From the NCBI GenBank assembly GCA_026396275.1, contig JAPLXC010000007.1, positions 37,084 through 101,083 on the forward strand: a stretch of 64,000 nucleotides of DNA, given 5' to 3'. This stretch comes from Candidatus Moraniibacteriota bacterium. Lineage in GTDB: Bacteria; Patescibacteriota; Minisyncoccia; Moranbacterales; JAPLXC01. A model generated the notes under the pieces. That model searched no databases. It saw only the letters and a program-made list of their open reading frames with translations, and had not been told where the DNA came from. The stretch's first letter is position 1. Every line of letters starts with the position of its first letter. Shown here piece by piece: positions 28,515 to 40,000 of the stretch. A program made the position numbers and the translations under genes.

Positions 28515-29108
28515 TTACAAATTTTTGATTTCCTCTACGATTTCCGGGAAGTGTTCTTGGTTGAAATGCTGGCGGTCTTCAAAAATATGCGCTTTAACAC
28601 TTGGTAAATCTTTCTTATATCTTTCAACTTCATTAAAAGGCACAATTGGATCATCCTTGCTTTGATACAAATGAATTATTGGGCATTGCTTTTCAACTCC
28701 TTCGAGCGATTTTTTAAAAACAAAATCACTAATCTCATGGGTTTCTGAATGTGGCGGAGCTACCAAAAAAAGAGCTTTTATTTTTTTAGGAAATTCGTTT
28801 TCAGATAAATATTTAACCAGAAAGATGCCTCCTTGCGAATGTCCGATTAAAATCGGTTCACTTTCCATAAATGGAAACATTCTTTTAAACCATATTTTCC
28901 ATTCCTCATACCTGGCATTATTTGAATTGGGCATACGGGGCGCAAGCACTTGGAATTCTCCTCCCAATTCCGATTGCAGGTGAATTTTCCAATCTTTTTT
29001 GGGCAGAAATGATTCAATCGTTACTTCCTGATTTTTAAGATCATCCAAAAATTTTTTGTACGAATCAAACGAACTTCCGCCATGTATAATAATAACTTGT
29101 TGTTTCAT
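28515..29108 (-). CDS. RBBP9/YdeN family alpha/beta hydrolase
   Basis: IIHGG, GHSQGG, SKDDPIVP, HF motifs. Confidence 0.9.
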   Translation of the reverse strand: MKQQVIIIHGGSSFDSYKKFLDDLKNQEVTIESFLPKKDWKIHLQSELGGEFQVLAPRMPNSNNARYEEWKIWFKRMFPFMESEPILIGHSQGGIFLVKYLSENEFPKKIKALFLVAPPHSETHEISDFVFKKSLEGVEKQCPIIHLYQSKDDPIVPFNEVERYKKDLPSVKAHIFEDRQHFNQEHFPEIVEEIKNL

Positions 29109-29326
29109 ACTGTAAATTTTTTACTTTCTCTAATCCCATCCTTCGCCATAAAGCTTCCACCGACGCCAAGGCTTTGGCGGACAAGTCGGAAGGACATGCC
29201 TAATTATTTACTTCTATAATCTCTAATCACCCCGTAAAATCCGCGGCGGATAACGGGGCAAGCCAACCCTCCCCCCAGTTAAATAATACTTCCGCAAATT
29301 AGCGGGACAGGCATTCAGGGTAAAAT

Positions 29327-29806
29327 CTAAATTTGCCGGGTTTTCAGATTTTGATACTCTAAGTAAGTTAATGTTACGACAAAAATGTCCAAAATGGTTA
29401 AGACAATCAGCCAGGCAGAATGAGAAATTGAATAGCGATACATCTGGTAGAAAATAAATATTCCAAATACGGCGATTGCGAGCGGATAAGCCCACAATTT
29501 TTTTCTAAAAAGGGCGGCAATCAGAAATATTTTTATGAGCCCGTGGCTCAAGAGGAACAAACCTCCAAAAATTTGGCTGCTCACGGAAAAGCCGCGGGCC
29601 GCGTGAACCAGAAAATTGGCAAAGAGGTCTTTCGGATCCTCGCTTAATTCGTTTTGAGTAAGGAGTCTTACCAAATAGTTAAGGGTTTCAGGGCGAATGA
29701 AAAACAGCAGTATTCCGCCGATAATTTCCAAAATTCCATTCAGCCCTTTAAGAAGGATGCCGACCCGAAACGTGTCATGGATTACCTTGGCATACATTTT
29801 ATCCAT
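29327..29806 (-). CDS. DUF2127 family membrane protein
   Basis: LKGLNGILEIIGG, ELSEDPKD, LSHGLIK, LWAYP motifs. Confidence 0.85.
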   Translation of the reverse strand: MDKMYAKVIHDTFRVGILLKGLNGILEIIGGILLFFIRPETLNYLVRLLTQNELSEDPKDLFANFLVHAARGFSVSSQIFGGLFLLSHGLIKIFLIAALFRKKLWAYPLAIAVFGIFIFYQMYRYSISHSAWLIVLTILDIFVVTLTYLEYQNLKTRQI

Positions 29807-29926
29807 GAATAAAGTATAAATTCTTTACCGCAAAAACACCAGCCACTAACCACTTCCCAACATCGTACGCCAAGAAATAAAAACTAAGGGGCAGGCGGGG
29901 TAAACCCAGTTAAATAATACTTCCTT

Positions 29927-31060
29927 TTATTTTTCAAACAATTTTAAGTATCCAGAAAACACAAATAACCGGTTTCTTTTAAATCCGGTGATTTCTTTAA
30001 AAATCCCGATCTTTTCAAATTGTTTGACCAGCGTGCTTGCTGAAGGATGAGTTATTTGTAATCTTTTAGCTATCTGTTTAGTGTTTAAGATGGGCTGAGA
30101 ATACAAATGTTTCAGCAGTTCTTGTCCTATTTTTGCTCTTTTACCAAGAGACATAATTTTTTGTTCGGATTGATGTCTAAGAGCAATAATTTTTTCAAAC
30201 GTCAATTTGCCGTTTTTTGCCGTTTCCGCAACACCAACCAAAAAAAACTTGATCCAGTGTTCCAAGTCATTTGAAGTTCTCACAACGGTAAGCGCATCGT
30301 AATAAGCACCTTTGTTTCTTTCAAAGAAATCCGATAAATATAGCGTTGGTTTTGAGAGAATCCTCTGTGACACAAGATAGAGAGTAATAAGTAATCGGCC
30401 AATGCGACCATTGCCATCTAAAAATGGATGTATGGTTTCAAATTGATAATGACTAATAGCAATCTTAATCAGGTGAGGCATATCAATTTTCTTATTATGC
30501 CAAAACTTTTCTAAGTCGCTAAGCAAATACGGCATTTCATTGGGATGCGGCGGAATGAATACGGCGTCTTTCAATGTTGCGCCGCCAATCCAGTTTTGAC
30601 TGGTGCGTATTTCTCCGGAATCTTTATGTTTGCCGCGAACACCAGTTAATAAAATCTTATGAGTATCTTTAAGAAGTCGCATTGAAAGCGGAAGTTTTTC
30701 TAATTCAGCAATTGCATAATCCATTGCCTTTGTATAATTTTGAACTTCTGCCCAATCATCTCTTCTTTCGGGATTGATTTCTTCTTTAGGTAAAAGCGCC
30801 TCATCCATTCCCGTTTTAGTCCCTTCAATTCTACTGGACGTTGTTGCCTCTTTGAAAACATGCATGCGGATAAAAAAATCCACATCAGGCACAAGTAAAG
30901 AATAAGCATTCAATTCTCCCAGGTATCGTGTCGCTTCTTCAAGCAATACGTCAATCTTAGGGTCCAACCATTTAAAAGCCACATTGATCAGAGACGGGGA
31001 AAAACTTTTATATTCATATTGCTGTTTATATACGCCTGACTTAAATGTTGTATTTTTCAT
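29927..31060 (-). CDS. Fic family protein (Fic_N, FIC, C-terminal wHTH)
   Basis: [18 protein letters not shown]; start reassigned to MKNTT. Confidence 0.93.
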   Translation of the reverse strand: MKNTTFKSGVYKQQYEYKSFSPSLINVAFKWLDPKIDVLLEEATRYLGELNAYSLLVPDVDFFIRMHVFKEATTSSRIEGTKTGMDEALLPKEEINPERRDDWAEVQNYTKAMDYAIAELEKLPLSMRLLKDTHKILLTGVRGKHKDSGEIRTSQNWIGGATLKDAVFIPPHPNEMPYLLSDLEKFWHNKKIDMPHLIKIAISHYQFETIHPFLDGNGRIGRLLITLYLVSQRILSKPTLYLSDFFERNKGAYYDALTVVRTSNDLEHWIKFFLVGVAETAKNGKLTFEKIIALRHQSEQKIMSLGKRAKIGQELLKHLYSQPILNTKQIAKRLQITHPSASTLVKQFEKIGIFKEITGFKRNRLFVFSGYLKLFEK

Positions 31061-31344
31061 AATAATTGACTTTACATAAGAATATTTATATTTAAAGTTT
31101 AGCACCTAACTTTACATATGTCAATTCATGTTAAAAGTTGGATTGTGGATAAAAGCGGGCAACCGCCTGCCTGCCCGCTTCGCAGTGAGGCGACCAGGCC
31201 TCGTAAAATTGACACCATAACGGGGTAAACAATCCATATCAGACGCTATATTATCCGGTAAAATCACGTGTTCAAAATACCAAACTATATCACCTAGTAA
31301 TTGCGGGTAATTACGAATTTTATGACGCCTTCTTTACGAATCTA

Positions 31345-31722
31345 TCAAAAATCATCCTCGCTTTTTTCATGAAAATATTTAAACCTCAATTCGCTGTAGC
31401 GCGGGTCGCTGACTATCTTATTAATTTTTTTTGATGTGTGTTTAATCTGAACATACAAGTCGCGCAATTCTTTTTCCATAGCCGCGATGAGATTTTTGCC
31501 GGTTTTCAGTTCAACGTAATTAAGCTTTTTTCTCATTTCAAAATCGGCCTGCTCCTTTTTTACCCTTTCAAGAATCCGCTTCTTTTCCGTATACTCTTTT
31601 TTGAGCGCAAGATACGCGCCGATCTCCATTTTTACGGCCTCTAGCTCCTCACGAAATTCCTCGTCGCCTTTTTCGCTTTTTTCACCAGCCGGAAACTGGA
31701 AATTTTCTAATTTTTGAGCCAT
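31345..31722 (-). CDS. Coiled-coil hypothetical protein
   Basis: 125-aa charged ORF. Confidence 0.7.
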   Translation of the reverse strand: MAQKLENFQFPAGEKSEKGDEEFREELEAVKMEIGAYLALKKEYTEKKRILERVKKEQADFEMRKKLNYVELKTGKNLIAAMEKELRDLYVQIKHTSKKINKIVSDPRYSELRFKYFHEKSEDDF

Positions 31723-31762
31723 AAATTTACTTCTTCCAATCTTTAATCACAATCCTGCCTCT

Positions 31763-31798
31763 AAACGCGCAATAATCGCGCAAGAAATCGCGCAATAG
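31763..31798. repeat. 11-12-bp tandem repeat (CGCGCAA x3)
   Basis: AACGCGCAATAATCGCGCAAGAAATCGCGCAATA. Confidence 0.75.
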
Positions 31799-31799
31799 T

Positions 31800-31976
31800 T
31801 TATCTATTTTTATTCCTATAATCCCTAATAACAATTCCTCCCTTAATCCTTTTCACCCTCACTCGCTGTTTTTCCTTCCAGCCGAGCGCATCGGTCATCT
31901 CTTTAGGTAAAGTCGTGGCCAAGCTCGTTTTGCCCAGCCGCACCAATTTTCTCGTGTTTTTGTCCTTTAATTTCAT
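31800..31976 (-). CDS. AbrB/MazE/SpoVT family DNA-binding protein (58 aa), not in ORF track
   Basis: MKLKDKNTRKLVRLGKTSLATTLPKEMTDALGWKEKQRVRVKRIKGGIVIRDYRNKNR*. Confidence 0.85.
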   Translation of the reverse strand: MKLKDKNTRKLVRLGKTSLATTLPKEMTDALGWKEKQRVRVKRIKGGIVIRDYRNKNR

Positions 31977-31982
31977 AGGCGA

Positions 31983-32012
31983 ATATACTTAAGTATATAC
32001 TTGGGTATATAC
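31983..32012. promoter_or_regulatory. Putative AbrB operator (12-bp periodic palindromes)
   Basis: ATATACTTAAGTATATACTTGGGTATATAC between promoter and start. Confidence 0.55.
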
Positions 32013-32016
32013 CTCC

Positions 32017-32052
32017 ATCCTACGCCAAAAAGGCCTGGAAATCAAATAAAAA
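32017..32052 (-). promoter_or_regulatory. 36-bp duplicated promoter, copy 1
   Basis: TTGATT-17-TAGGAT on minus strand; identical to 32536-32571. Confidence 0.75.
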
Positions 32053-32137
32053 ACGGCGGGAGTTTGCGCCGTGAAAATCGGTTTGCCCGCGCCTCTTTTT
32101 TTCAAACAAAAACCCTGCCTCAATAATTGGGCAGGGC

Positions 32138-32473
32138 TTAGATGTTCATCCAGTGTTTCAGCAGGTACATATTTTCTTTAATTGAAATAGCAAGATAAAA
32201 CAGTAGAAAAGCTATGAGTATGGCAGTGTAATAAATCTCTTTGCGCTTTCGTGCCGCGGCATCAATCCGGCAACCCGTCTCAATGGCAAAAATACCCAGG
32301 CCGCAAATGACGACTTTGCCAAAGATGACGCCTCCCAATCCCCACAGTTCGTAATAAATTCCCAAGACAGGGCCCTTTTCTGCCGCTCCTCCTCATCCTG
32401 ACTGAATGACTAAAACAGTATAAACCAGATCAACAAAACAAAGCAGCAAGAAACACATCGCCAATCTACTCAC
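32138..32473 (-). pseudogene. Membrane protein (DUF5658-like) with in-frame TGA
   Basis: AAGGAGGTGG SD, GTG at 32473, in-frame TGA at 32393-32395, frame continues to 32138. Confidence 0.6.
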
Positions 32474-32535
32474 CTAAACCACCTCCTTTAAAGAACTGTC
32501 CTTTTATTCATCTTAGCTTCTTTTCAGACACTTAT

Positions 32536-32571
32536 ATCCTACGCCAAAAAGGCCTGGAAATCAAATAAAAA
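32536..32571 (-). promoter_or_regulatory. 36-bp duplicated promoter, copy 2
   Basis: ATCCTACGCCAAAAAGGCCTGGAAATCAAATAAAAA. Confidence 0.75.
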
Positions 32572-32634
32572 GCAGATGCTAATTATTTTTATTGTGATAA
32601 AAAAATACCCTAAACACCATGCTGGCATTTAGGG

Positions 32635-33144
32635 TTAAAAGAGGGTTAATATTTTTCTAAAAAAGGACTTTTTTTCTTTGGCAGTTCTCTGCCCTTCTTT
32701 TTTAACATCAACAATCTGCCCATATCCGATTTCTTTGAAATAAGCGATAGCCGTGGACTGGCCTAATATGCCATGAACCATCCTTTCCCTTGCTACACAG
32801 TATTTTGATTTAACTGTGCCAATGAAATTATTGGCACTTATTTTCCGGGAAAATTCTAAGGAAAATTCATTGTTGAACACAGTAAGCAAGGCTTCGATAT
32901 ATGCCAATAAGTAGGAACTACTATCGAAAGAAATCCCGTTTTTCGCAATTAAGTTTCTCTGCTCCAAGGATAACCCCATCTCTTCTAGATATGATATTAT
33001 CTCTTCTTTGTCCTGATCTGATATTTTGCAATCCCCGCTCATGATTGGAAAATCGAAACGCACAGACACATTGCATTCAAAAACAATGAGTCTGATCTCC
33101 TGTTTACCTATCCGCTTTGATAATTTCACTAAGTTGAACTGCAT
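32635..33144 (-). CDS. Orphan hypothetical protein
   Basis: Start reassigned to MQFNL (AAGGAGG SD); TTGACA-17-TATATT promoter. Confidence 0.75.
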   Translation of the reverse strand: MQFNLVKLSKRIGKQEIRLIVFECNVSVRFDFPIMSGDCKISDQDKEEIISYLEEMGLSLEQRNLIAKNGISFDSSSYLLAYIEALLTVFNNEFSLEFSRKISANNFIGTVKSKYCVARERMVHGILGQSTAIAYFKEIGYGQIVDVKKEGQRTAKEKKSFFRKILTLF

Positions 33145-33386
33145 GGCATTCCTCCTTTCATAAAAAATTTCAAATAACTGCTGAAAACAGAATATATCAC
33201 AGTTTTTATTTTTTGTCAATCAAAAGCACCGTCCGAATTTGCATCACGATTTGGACTTTTTATATTTTTATCCTAAGCTAAAAGTTTTTCTTTAATGAAA
33301 TTGGAAAAAAGATTTAAAAATAAAAAGAGAGATCGGCCGATCTCTCTAAAGGATAAAAGAATAAATGGAAGAATTACCCCGGAAAA

Positions 33387-36300
33387 TTAGGGTGATTTTT
33401 TTCGAAATCCGGTTCCGGCGGGAATGAGCCGTCCGATGATGACGTTTTCTTTCAACCCCCGCAACCGGTCTTCCTTGCCGATAACCGCGGCGTTGATGAG
33501 AACGCGCGCCGTTTCTTGAAAAGACGCCGCCGAAAGAAATGATTCAGTGGAAAGTGCCACTTTGGTAATGCCCATAATTATCTGTTCGCCTTTGGCTGCT
33601 GCGCCTCCGGTTTTCTTTATTTCCCTGTTGGCCTCTTCAAACTGATCTTTTTCCACAATGTCTCCCGGCAGCAGTTCAGTGTCTCCCGGGTCAAGAATTT
33701 TAATCCGACTCAACATCTGGCGGATGATAACCTCAATGTGCTTGTCGTTAATTCCTTCACCCTGGGAAGCATAAATTTCCTGAATTTCCCGGGTGATATA
33801 GCGCTGCACCTCTTCTCTTCCCAGCAGGTGGTAAAGTTTCTTAAGATCAATATTTCCCGCGTTGATCAAGGCGCCTTTGGCAATTGCCTGCCCTTTCTTC
33901 ACTAAAAGAGTTAACTCCGCCGGCACCGCATATTCCCGAATATCTTTTTTCTTGCCCTCGGTCTCGATTATAACAGTTATGGTTTTGTGATTTTTATTGT
34001 TAATATCCGCCACCTTTCCGTCCACTTCGGAAATAAGGCCTTCTCCCTTGGGCGGGCGGGCTTCAAATATTTCCTCCACCCGGGGAAGACCCTGGGTGAT
34101 GTCGGTTCCGGCCACTCCCCCGATATGGAAGGTTCTCATAGTGAGCTGGGTTCCCGGTTCTCCAATAGCCTGGGCGGCCACAATTCCGACGGCCTGGCCC
34201 AAGTGGACTACTTCATTTCTTCCCAGATCAATGCCGTAACATTTCTGGCATACTCCGCGCTTCGTCTTGCAGGTTATCACGCTGCGAATTTTCACCTTTT
34301 CAATATTAAGGCCTTCGATTTTTTTGGCATCTTCGCGGCTAATCAGGATATCTTTCCCGACAATTACTTTTTTGCCTTTGGGATCAGTGATGTCCTCAAT
34401 GGTCACTCTTCCCTCAACGCGGGCGGCAAAACTTTGCCCGATTTTATCGGAATCGGCTTTGTAAAGATAAGATCCTTCTTTGTCTTTGCAATCCTCTTCC
34501 CGGACAATCACGTCTTGAGCCACATCCACCAGGCGGCGGGTGAGATATCCGGCGGTGGAAGTACGGAGAGCCGTGTCGGCCATTCCCTTCCGGGCGCCGT
34601 GGGTGGAAATAAAATATTCAAGCACGTTGAATCCTTCTTTGAAAGAACTCTTCACGGGAAGTTCAATGGTCTCCCCGGTGGGACCGGCCACCAATCCTTT
34701 CATTCCCGTCATCTGCACTACCACCGATTCGCTTCCCCGGGCCTTGGAATGGATCATGAAATGAACCGCCCCTTCTTTATCCAGAGAATTACGAACCGCT
34801 TCCGCGATTTTATTCTTGGCTTCGTTCCAGACCTCGATCACCCGGTTCTTTCTTTCTTCTTCAGTCAGCAGTCCCATATTGTACTGCTGATTAATCGTTG
34901 CCACACTTTGCTCGGCCTGAGCCAGCACTGCTTTTTTCTCTTCCGGAACTTTCAAATCATCCATTCCCCAGCTGATGCCGGAACAGGTAACTGCCTGGAA
35001 GCCCAGATTTTTAATCCGGTCAATGTAATAAGCCGTTTTTTCCTGCCCAATTTCCTGGAGTAATCTAGCCACCAATCCCTTAAGTTCTTTCTTGGTCATT
35101 TCCTCATTAATGAAGCGCAACTGTTCGGGAAGGGCGTCGTTCAGGAGAACTCTGCCCACCGTTGTTTCAATAATCTTTTCGTTGAGCAACAGTTTTACTT
35201 GAGCATTAACTCTTACTATTCCCAGCTGATAAGCGTGAATGGCTTCTTCTTCCGAAGAGAATGCTTTTCCTTCTCCCTTTACGCCTTTTTTAATATGAGT
35301 GAGGTAATAAATTCCCAGTACCACATCCTGGGAAGGAACGGTGATGGGCTCACCGGTAGCGGGCTTAAGCAAGTTTTTAGTTGAAAGCATTATCTGGGAA
35401 CTTTCTTCCCGGGCCTGATCGGTAAGAGGAACGTGAACGGCCATTTGGTCGCCGTCAAAGTCAGCATTAAAGGCGGCGCACACCATCGGATGAATCTGAA
35501 TGGCTTTCCCTTCAATGAGCACCGGCTGGAAGGCCTGGATGGAAAGGCGGTGCAGAGTCGGCGCCCGGTTGAGGAGCACGTAGTGGCGTTCGATAATCTC
35601 ATCCAGAATTTCATAGGCCTCTTCGGCTTCAGCGTCCACCATTCTCCCGGCGGTGCGGACGTTGTGAGCGTATTCTTTTTCAATGAGTTGGTTAATGATA
35701 AATGGTTTGAATAGTTCAAGGGCCATTTTTTTCGGCAGCCCGGCTTGATGCAGTTTGAGCTGCGGTCCTACTATAATCACGCTCCGACCGGAGTAATCAA
35801 CTCTTTTTCCCAGTAGGTTCTGGCGAAAGCGTCCCTGTTTGCCTTTGAGAGAATCCGCCAGTGACCGGAGTGGCCGGCGCTGTCCGGTGGAGGCAGCCAC
35901 AGCCATCTGGCGCCGGCGGGCGCTATTGTCAAAAAGAGCGTCTACTGCTTCCTGCAGCATCCGTTTTTCATTGCGGGTAATTACTTCCGGAGCTCCCAAG
36001 TCAATGAGTTTTTTGAGACGATTGTTACGGTTGATAATCCGCCGGTAGAGATCGTTAAGGTCGGAAGTGGCAAAGCGGCCGCCATCAAGTGCAACCATTG
36101 GGCGAAGGTCGGGAGGAATGACTGGAATAACAATTGGCAGCATCCATTCAAGACGCAGTTTGGCTTTTTTAAACCCTTGAAAAAGTTTCAAGCGTTTGAG
36201 AAATTTTTTCCGATCGGTTATCTCTTCAGATTCCAACTCTTTCTTGAGGCGCTGGATCTGATCATCAACATTCATTTTCTCCAGAACCCGGCGGACAGCT

Positions 36301-36977
36301 TCAGCTCCAATGCCGGCGGAAAACACCTGGCCAAAACGGCTGGAAAGATTGAAATACTCCAGCTCCGAAAGAATCTGAAGGGAATGAAGACCCCTGAGCT
36401 CCTCCCGGGCGGAGCGGTAAATTTCTTTTAGCTCCTCCAAAAGTTTTTCGGGTGATCCGTCTTGAGTTAATTTTCCGCTCTTAATCTCTTTTTGCTTGGC
36501 TTTGTACTCATTGTCCAGCTGTTCCAGAGCCCGGGTGCGAGCCCCCTCGTCTAATTCCATAATTAGGTAGGCAGAAAAGTAGACAACTTTTTCAATATCC
36601 TGAAGCGATATTCCCAGAGCCAGTCCTATCTTGGAAGGAACCCCCCGCAAAAACCAGATATGCGAAACCGGAACAGCCAGCTTGATATGGCCCATCCGCT
36701 CTCGGCGCACAATCGAACGGGTTACTTCCACGCCGCACTTATCGCAGACAATGCCTTTATAGCGGATGCGTTTGTATTTGCCGCAATAACATTCCCAGTC
36801 CTTCGAAGGACCGAAAATCTTTTCGCAAAACAGTCCGTCCTTTTCATACCGCTGGGTGCGGTAATTGATGGTCTCTGGCTTGGTTACTTCTCCGTGAGAC
36901 CAGGTCAATATTTTGTCGGGACTGGCCAGTTTCAGCTGAACGCTGTTAAAATCGCTTACTCTGATAATGTTTTCCAT
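33387..36977 (-). CDS. rpoC: RNA polymerase beta' subunit
   Basis: NADFDGD catalytic motif, Zn finger, [13 protein letters not shown]. Confidence 0.99.
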   Translation of the reverse strand: MENIIRVSDFNSVQLKLASPDKILTWSHGEVTKPETINYRTQRYEKDGLFCEKIFGPSKDWECYCGKYKRIRYKGIVCDKCGVEVTRSIVRRERMGHIKLAVPVSHIWFLRGVPSKIGLALGISLQDIEKVVYFSAYLIMELDEGARTRALEQLDNEYKAKQKEIKSGKLTQDGSPEKLLEELKEIYRSAREELRGLHSLQILSELEYFNLSSRFGQVFSAGIGAEAVRRVLEKMNVDDQIQRLKKELESEEITDRKKFLKRLKLFQGFKKAKLRLEWMLPIVIPVIPPDLRPMVALDGGRFATSDLNDLYRRIINRNNRLKKLIDLGAPEVITRNEKRMLQEAVDALFDNSARRRQMAVAASTGQRRPLRSLADSLKGKQGRFRQNLLGKRVDYSGRSVIIVGPQLKLHQAGLPKKMALELFKPFIINQLIEKEYAHNVRTAGRMVDAEAEEAYEILDEIIERHYVLLNRAPTLHRLSIQAFQPVLIEGKAIQIHPMVCAAFNADFDGDQMAVHVPLTDQAREESSQIMLSTKNLLKPATGEPITVPSQDVVLGIYYLTHIKKGVKGEGKAFSSEEEAIHAYQLGIVRVNAQVKLLLNEKIIETTVGRVLLNDALPEQLRFINEEMTKKELKGLVARLLQEIGQEKTAYYIDRIKNLGFQAVTCSGISWGMDDLKVPEEKKAVLAQAEQSVATINQQYNMGLLTEEERKNRVIEVWNEAKNKIAEAVRNSLDKEGAVHFMIHSKARGSESVVVQMTGMKGLVAGPTGETIELPVKSSFKEGFNVLEYFISTHGARKGMADTALRTSTAGYLTRRLVDVAQDVIVREEDCKDKEGSYLYKADSDKIGQSFAARVEGRVTIEDITDPKGKKVIVGKDILISREDAKKIEGLNIEKVKIRSVITCKTKRGVCQKCYGIDLGRNEVVHLGQAVGIVAAQAIGEPGTQLTMRTFHIGGVAGTDITQGLPRVEEIFEARPPKGEGLISEVDGKVADINNKNHKTITVIIETEGKKKDIREYAVPAELTLLVKKGQAIAKGALINAGNIDLKKLYHLLGREEVQRYITREIQEIYASQGEGINDKHIEVIIRQMLSRIKILDPGDTELLPGDIVEKDQFEEANREIKKTGGAAAKGEQIIMGITKVALSTESFLSAASFQETARVLINAAVIGKEDRLRGLKENVIIGRLIPAGTGFRKKSP

Positions 36978-37044
36978 AAATTATAGAATATATTAAGGTA
37001 TATTTTTCAGTGGTATCTTTTTCATTCTTGAATAATAGGCTGTT

Positions 37045-40000
37045 TTATTTCTTTTCCTTTTTGGCGATACCCTTTTCTTCCGCATTTACTAATTCCACAT
37101 CCAGGCATAATCCTTTCAGCTCATTGACCAGCACCTGAAAGGAAGCTGGAATGTTTGGGCTTTTGATTCTTTCTCCTTTGATAATCGACTCATAGGCCTT
37201 TGACCTTCCCAGAACATCATCTGATTTGATAGTGAGCATTTCCTGGAGAGTATAGGCCGCGCCGTAACCTTCGAGCGCCCACACTTCCATTTCCCCGAAC
37301 CGCTGGCCGCCGAATTGGGCTTTACCTCCCAAGGGCTGCTGGGTAATGAGCGAATAAGGGCCAATGGAGCGCATATGAATTTTGTCTTCTACCAAGTGAT
37401 TGAGTTTCATAATATACATTATGCCTACCGTTGATTCGCTGTCAAAATATTCCCCGGTCTTTCCGTTAATAAGAAGGATTTTTCCGTTTTCCGGCAGTCC
37501 GGCTTTACGCAGCTCCTCTTTGATGGTTTCTTCCGGCACTCCATCAAGAGATGGACTGGCGGCTTTATAACCCAGTTTCAGAGCTGCCCAGCCAAGATGG
37601 GTTTCCAGGATCTGGCCGATATTCATCCGGCTGACTACTCCCAAGGGATTAAGGATAACATCCACGGGAGTTCCGTCAGGAAGATAGGGCATGTCTTCCA
37701 CTGGAGCAATGCGGGAAATCACTCCCTTGTTGCCATGGCGCCCGGCCAGTTTATCACCGACGGAAACCTTGCGCAGCTGCGCCACCGAAACCTGAATTTG
37801 TTTGATGACGCCGGTGGAAAGTTTGTCGCCCTGATCGCGCGAGAGTATCCTGATGTCCACCACTTTTCCGTGTTCGCCGTGAGGGAGATAAAGAGAAGAA
37901 TCCTTGACATCTTTTGACTTTTCACCAAAAATTGCTCGGAGCAGCCGCTCTTCGGGGGTAAGATCGCCCTCTCCTTTGGGAGTAATCTTCCCGACTAAAA
38001 TATCCCCGGATGATGCTTCAGCGCCGATGCAGATAATTCCTGTTTCATCCAAATCCTTCAAGCGCTCCTCGCCGATGTTGGGAATATCGCGAGTGATAAT
38101 TTCCGGACCCAGTTTTGTGTCGCGCACGTCAATGGAAAAATCCTCAATGTGAATTGAACTATAACGGTCATTCTGAAGCAATCTTTCGGAAATAATAATA
38201 GCATCCTCAAAGTTATAGCCCTCCCAGGGAAGAAGAGCCACCAGCACATTTTGTCCCAAGGCCAGCTCTCCGTGATCAGTGGCGGCTCCATCAGCTAGAA
38301 GCTGTCCCTTTTTCACTCTTTCACCTTTTCCTGCCCGGGGAATTTGACTCATACTGGTAAAAGCATTGGACTTGAGGAAATTCTGCAAACGGTATTCCCG
38401 CTTTATGTAGTCCTTTTTGACTCCCGAGGGCGCTTTTTCCTTGACGATGATATGATTGGCATCCACTTCCACTATTTCGCCTTCCTCCGCTGCCAATACC
38501 ACTTGTCCGGAATCAGCGGCCGCCTTGTCTTCAATCCCCGTTCCGACAATCGGCGACTCCGGTACGACGCAGGGAACAGCTTGGCGCTGCATATTGGATC
38601 CCATCAGCGCCCGGTTGGCATCATCGTGCTCCAGAAAAGGAATGAGAGCTGTAGCGATTGAAACGCATTGCTTGGCGGAAACATCAATATAGTTCAGCTT
38701 TTTCGCTTCAGTCATTTCCGGGTGGCCTTTGACTCTCGCTTCCACAAATTCACCAATAATGTTACGGTGATCATCTAGTTTTATCCCGGCGTGGGCAATA
38801 ATATTGCGGTCTTCCACCACGGCATTGAGATACTCAATTTCGTCAGTGACGAAAGGTTTTACTTTAATGGTTTTGCTAGAGGTCTTAGAGATTTTTTTAG
38901 CCAGTTCTTCATTAATAAAGTCACCGGCTTTGCCTGCTTCTTTAATCTCTTGGTTCAAAATTCTGTTCGCAAGCGCTTCCGGCTTATTTTCCACTTCTTG
39001 AGCAATTATAATATAAGGCGTCTCCAGAAAACCATACTCGTTAATTCGGGCATAAGTAGCCATATGCCCCACCAGCCCGATGTTTGGGCCTTCCGGCGTT
39101 TCCACCGGACAGATTCTTCCATAGTGGGAATGATGAACATCCCGAACTTCAAATCCGGCTCGTTCCCGCGTAAGGCCTCCCGGACCCATGGCACTCATCC
39201 GGCGCTTATGTTCCAGTTCTGCCAGAGGATTAACCTGATCCATAAATTGGGATAATTGGGAGCTGGAGAAAAATTCTTTAATGGCGGCAGCCACCGGCCG
39301 GGAGTTAATAAGCTGGCCGGGAACCACAGTGGCGATATCGCAAGTACTCATCCGGTCCTTAATATTGCGCGCCATTCGAGCCAGGCCCACCCGCAGTTTG
39401 TTCTGGACCAGTTCGCCCATGCTCCGGATTCTCCTGTTTCCCAGATGATCTATATCATCTTCCTTCGCCAAGGGATTATTATTAAGACGAATAATTTCTT
39501 TGATAATCAAAATAAAATCCTCCACTCTCAGGACCCTGTTTTCTTCATTGTCTGGCCGATCGACGTTGAGCCGCTGATTGAGCCGGTAGCGTCCCACGCT
39601 TCCAAAATCATATTTTTCAAAATCGAAAAACATTGAATCAACCATTTGTTTGGCGTTCTCTTCTGTCGCCAGATCCCCTGGGCGAATCCTTTTGTAAACT
39701 TCCTTATATCCCTCCTTCTGATTTTTGGCAGTGTCCCGGCTGATGGTCACTTCGAGGTAGCGAACTTCTCCGTTATCTACATCAGAAAACTGGCGAATCA
39801 ATTCCTCGTCGCTTCCAAAACCAAAAGCGCGCAGCAGTGAAGTAACCGGCACTTTTCTTTTGCGGTCAATTTTTACAGATATCATTCCTTCGAGATCCGT
39901 ATCAATTTCAAGCCAGGCTCCCCGATTGGGAATAATTTTGCCACCGAACAATTTCTTTCCTTTCTGATATTCCATGGTGAAAAAGACACCGGGACTTCTG

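Noticed and set aside
26173-31153. DnaA boxes (TGTGGATAA at 26173 and 31145; also 59424) as a replication origin
   Set aside because: They are isolated single copies with no cluster and no adjacent dnaA.
13400-33300. Classical integron, prophage or ICE
   Set aside because: No integrase, recombinase, relaxase or phage structural gene is present, and I found no consistent attC-like RYYYAAC...GTTRRRY sites.
2794-39840. Long antisense ORFs over uvrA, recA, ftsK, rpoC and rpoB (e.g. 33987-35063)
   Set aside because: These are shadow frames of conserved genes with no recognisable motifs.
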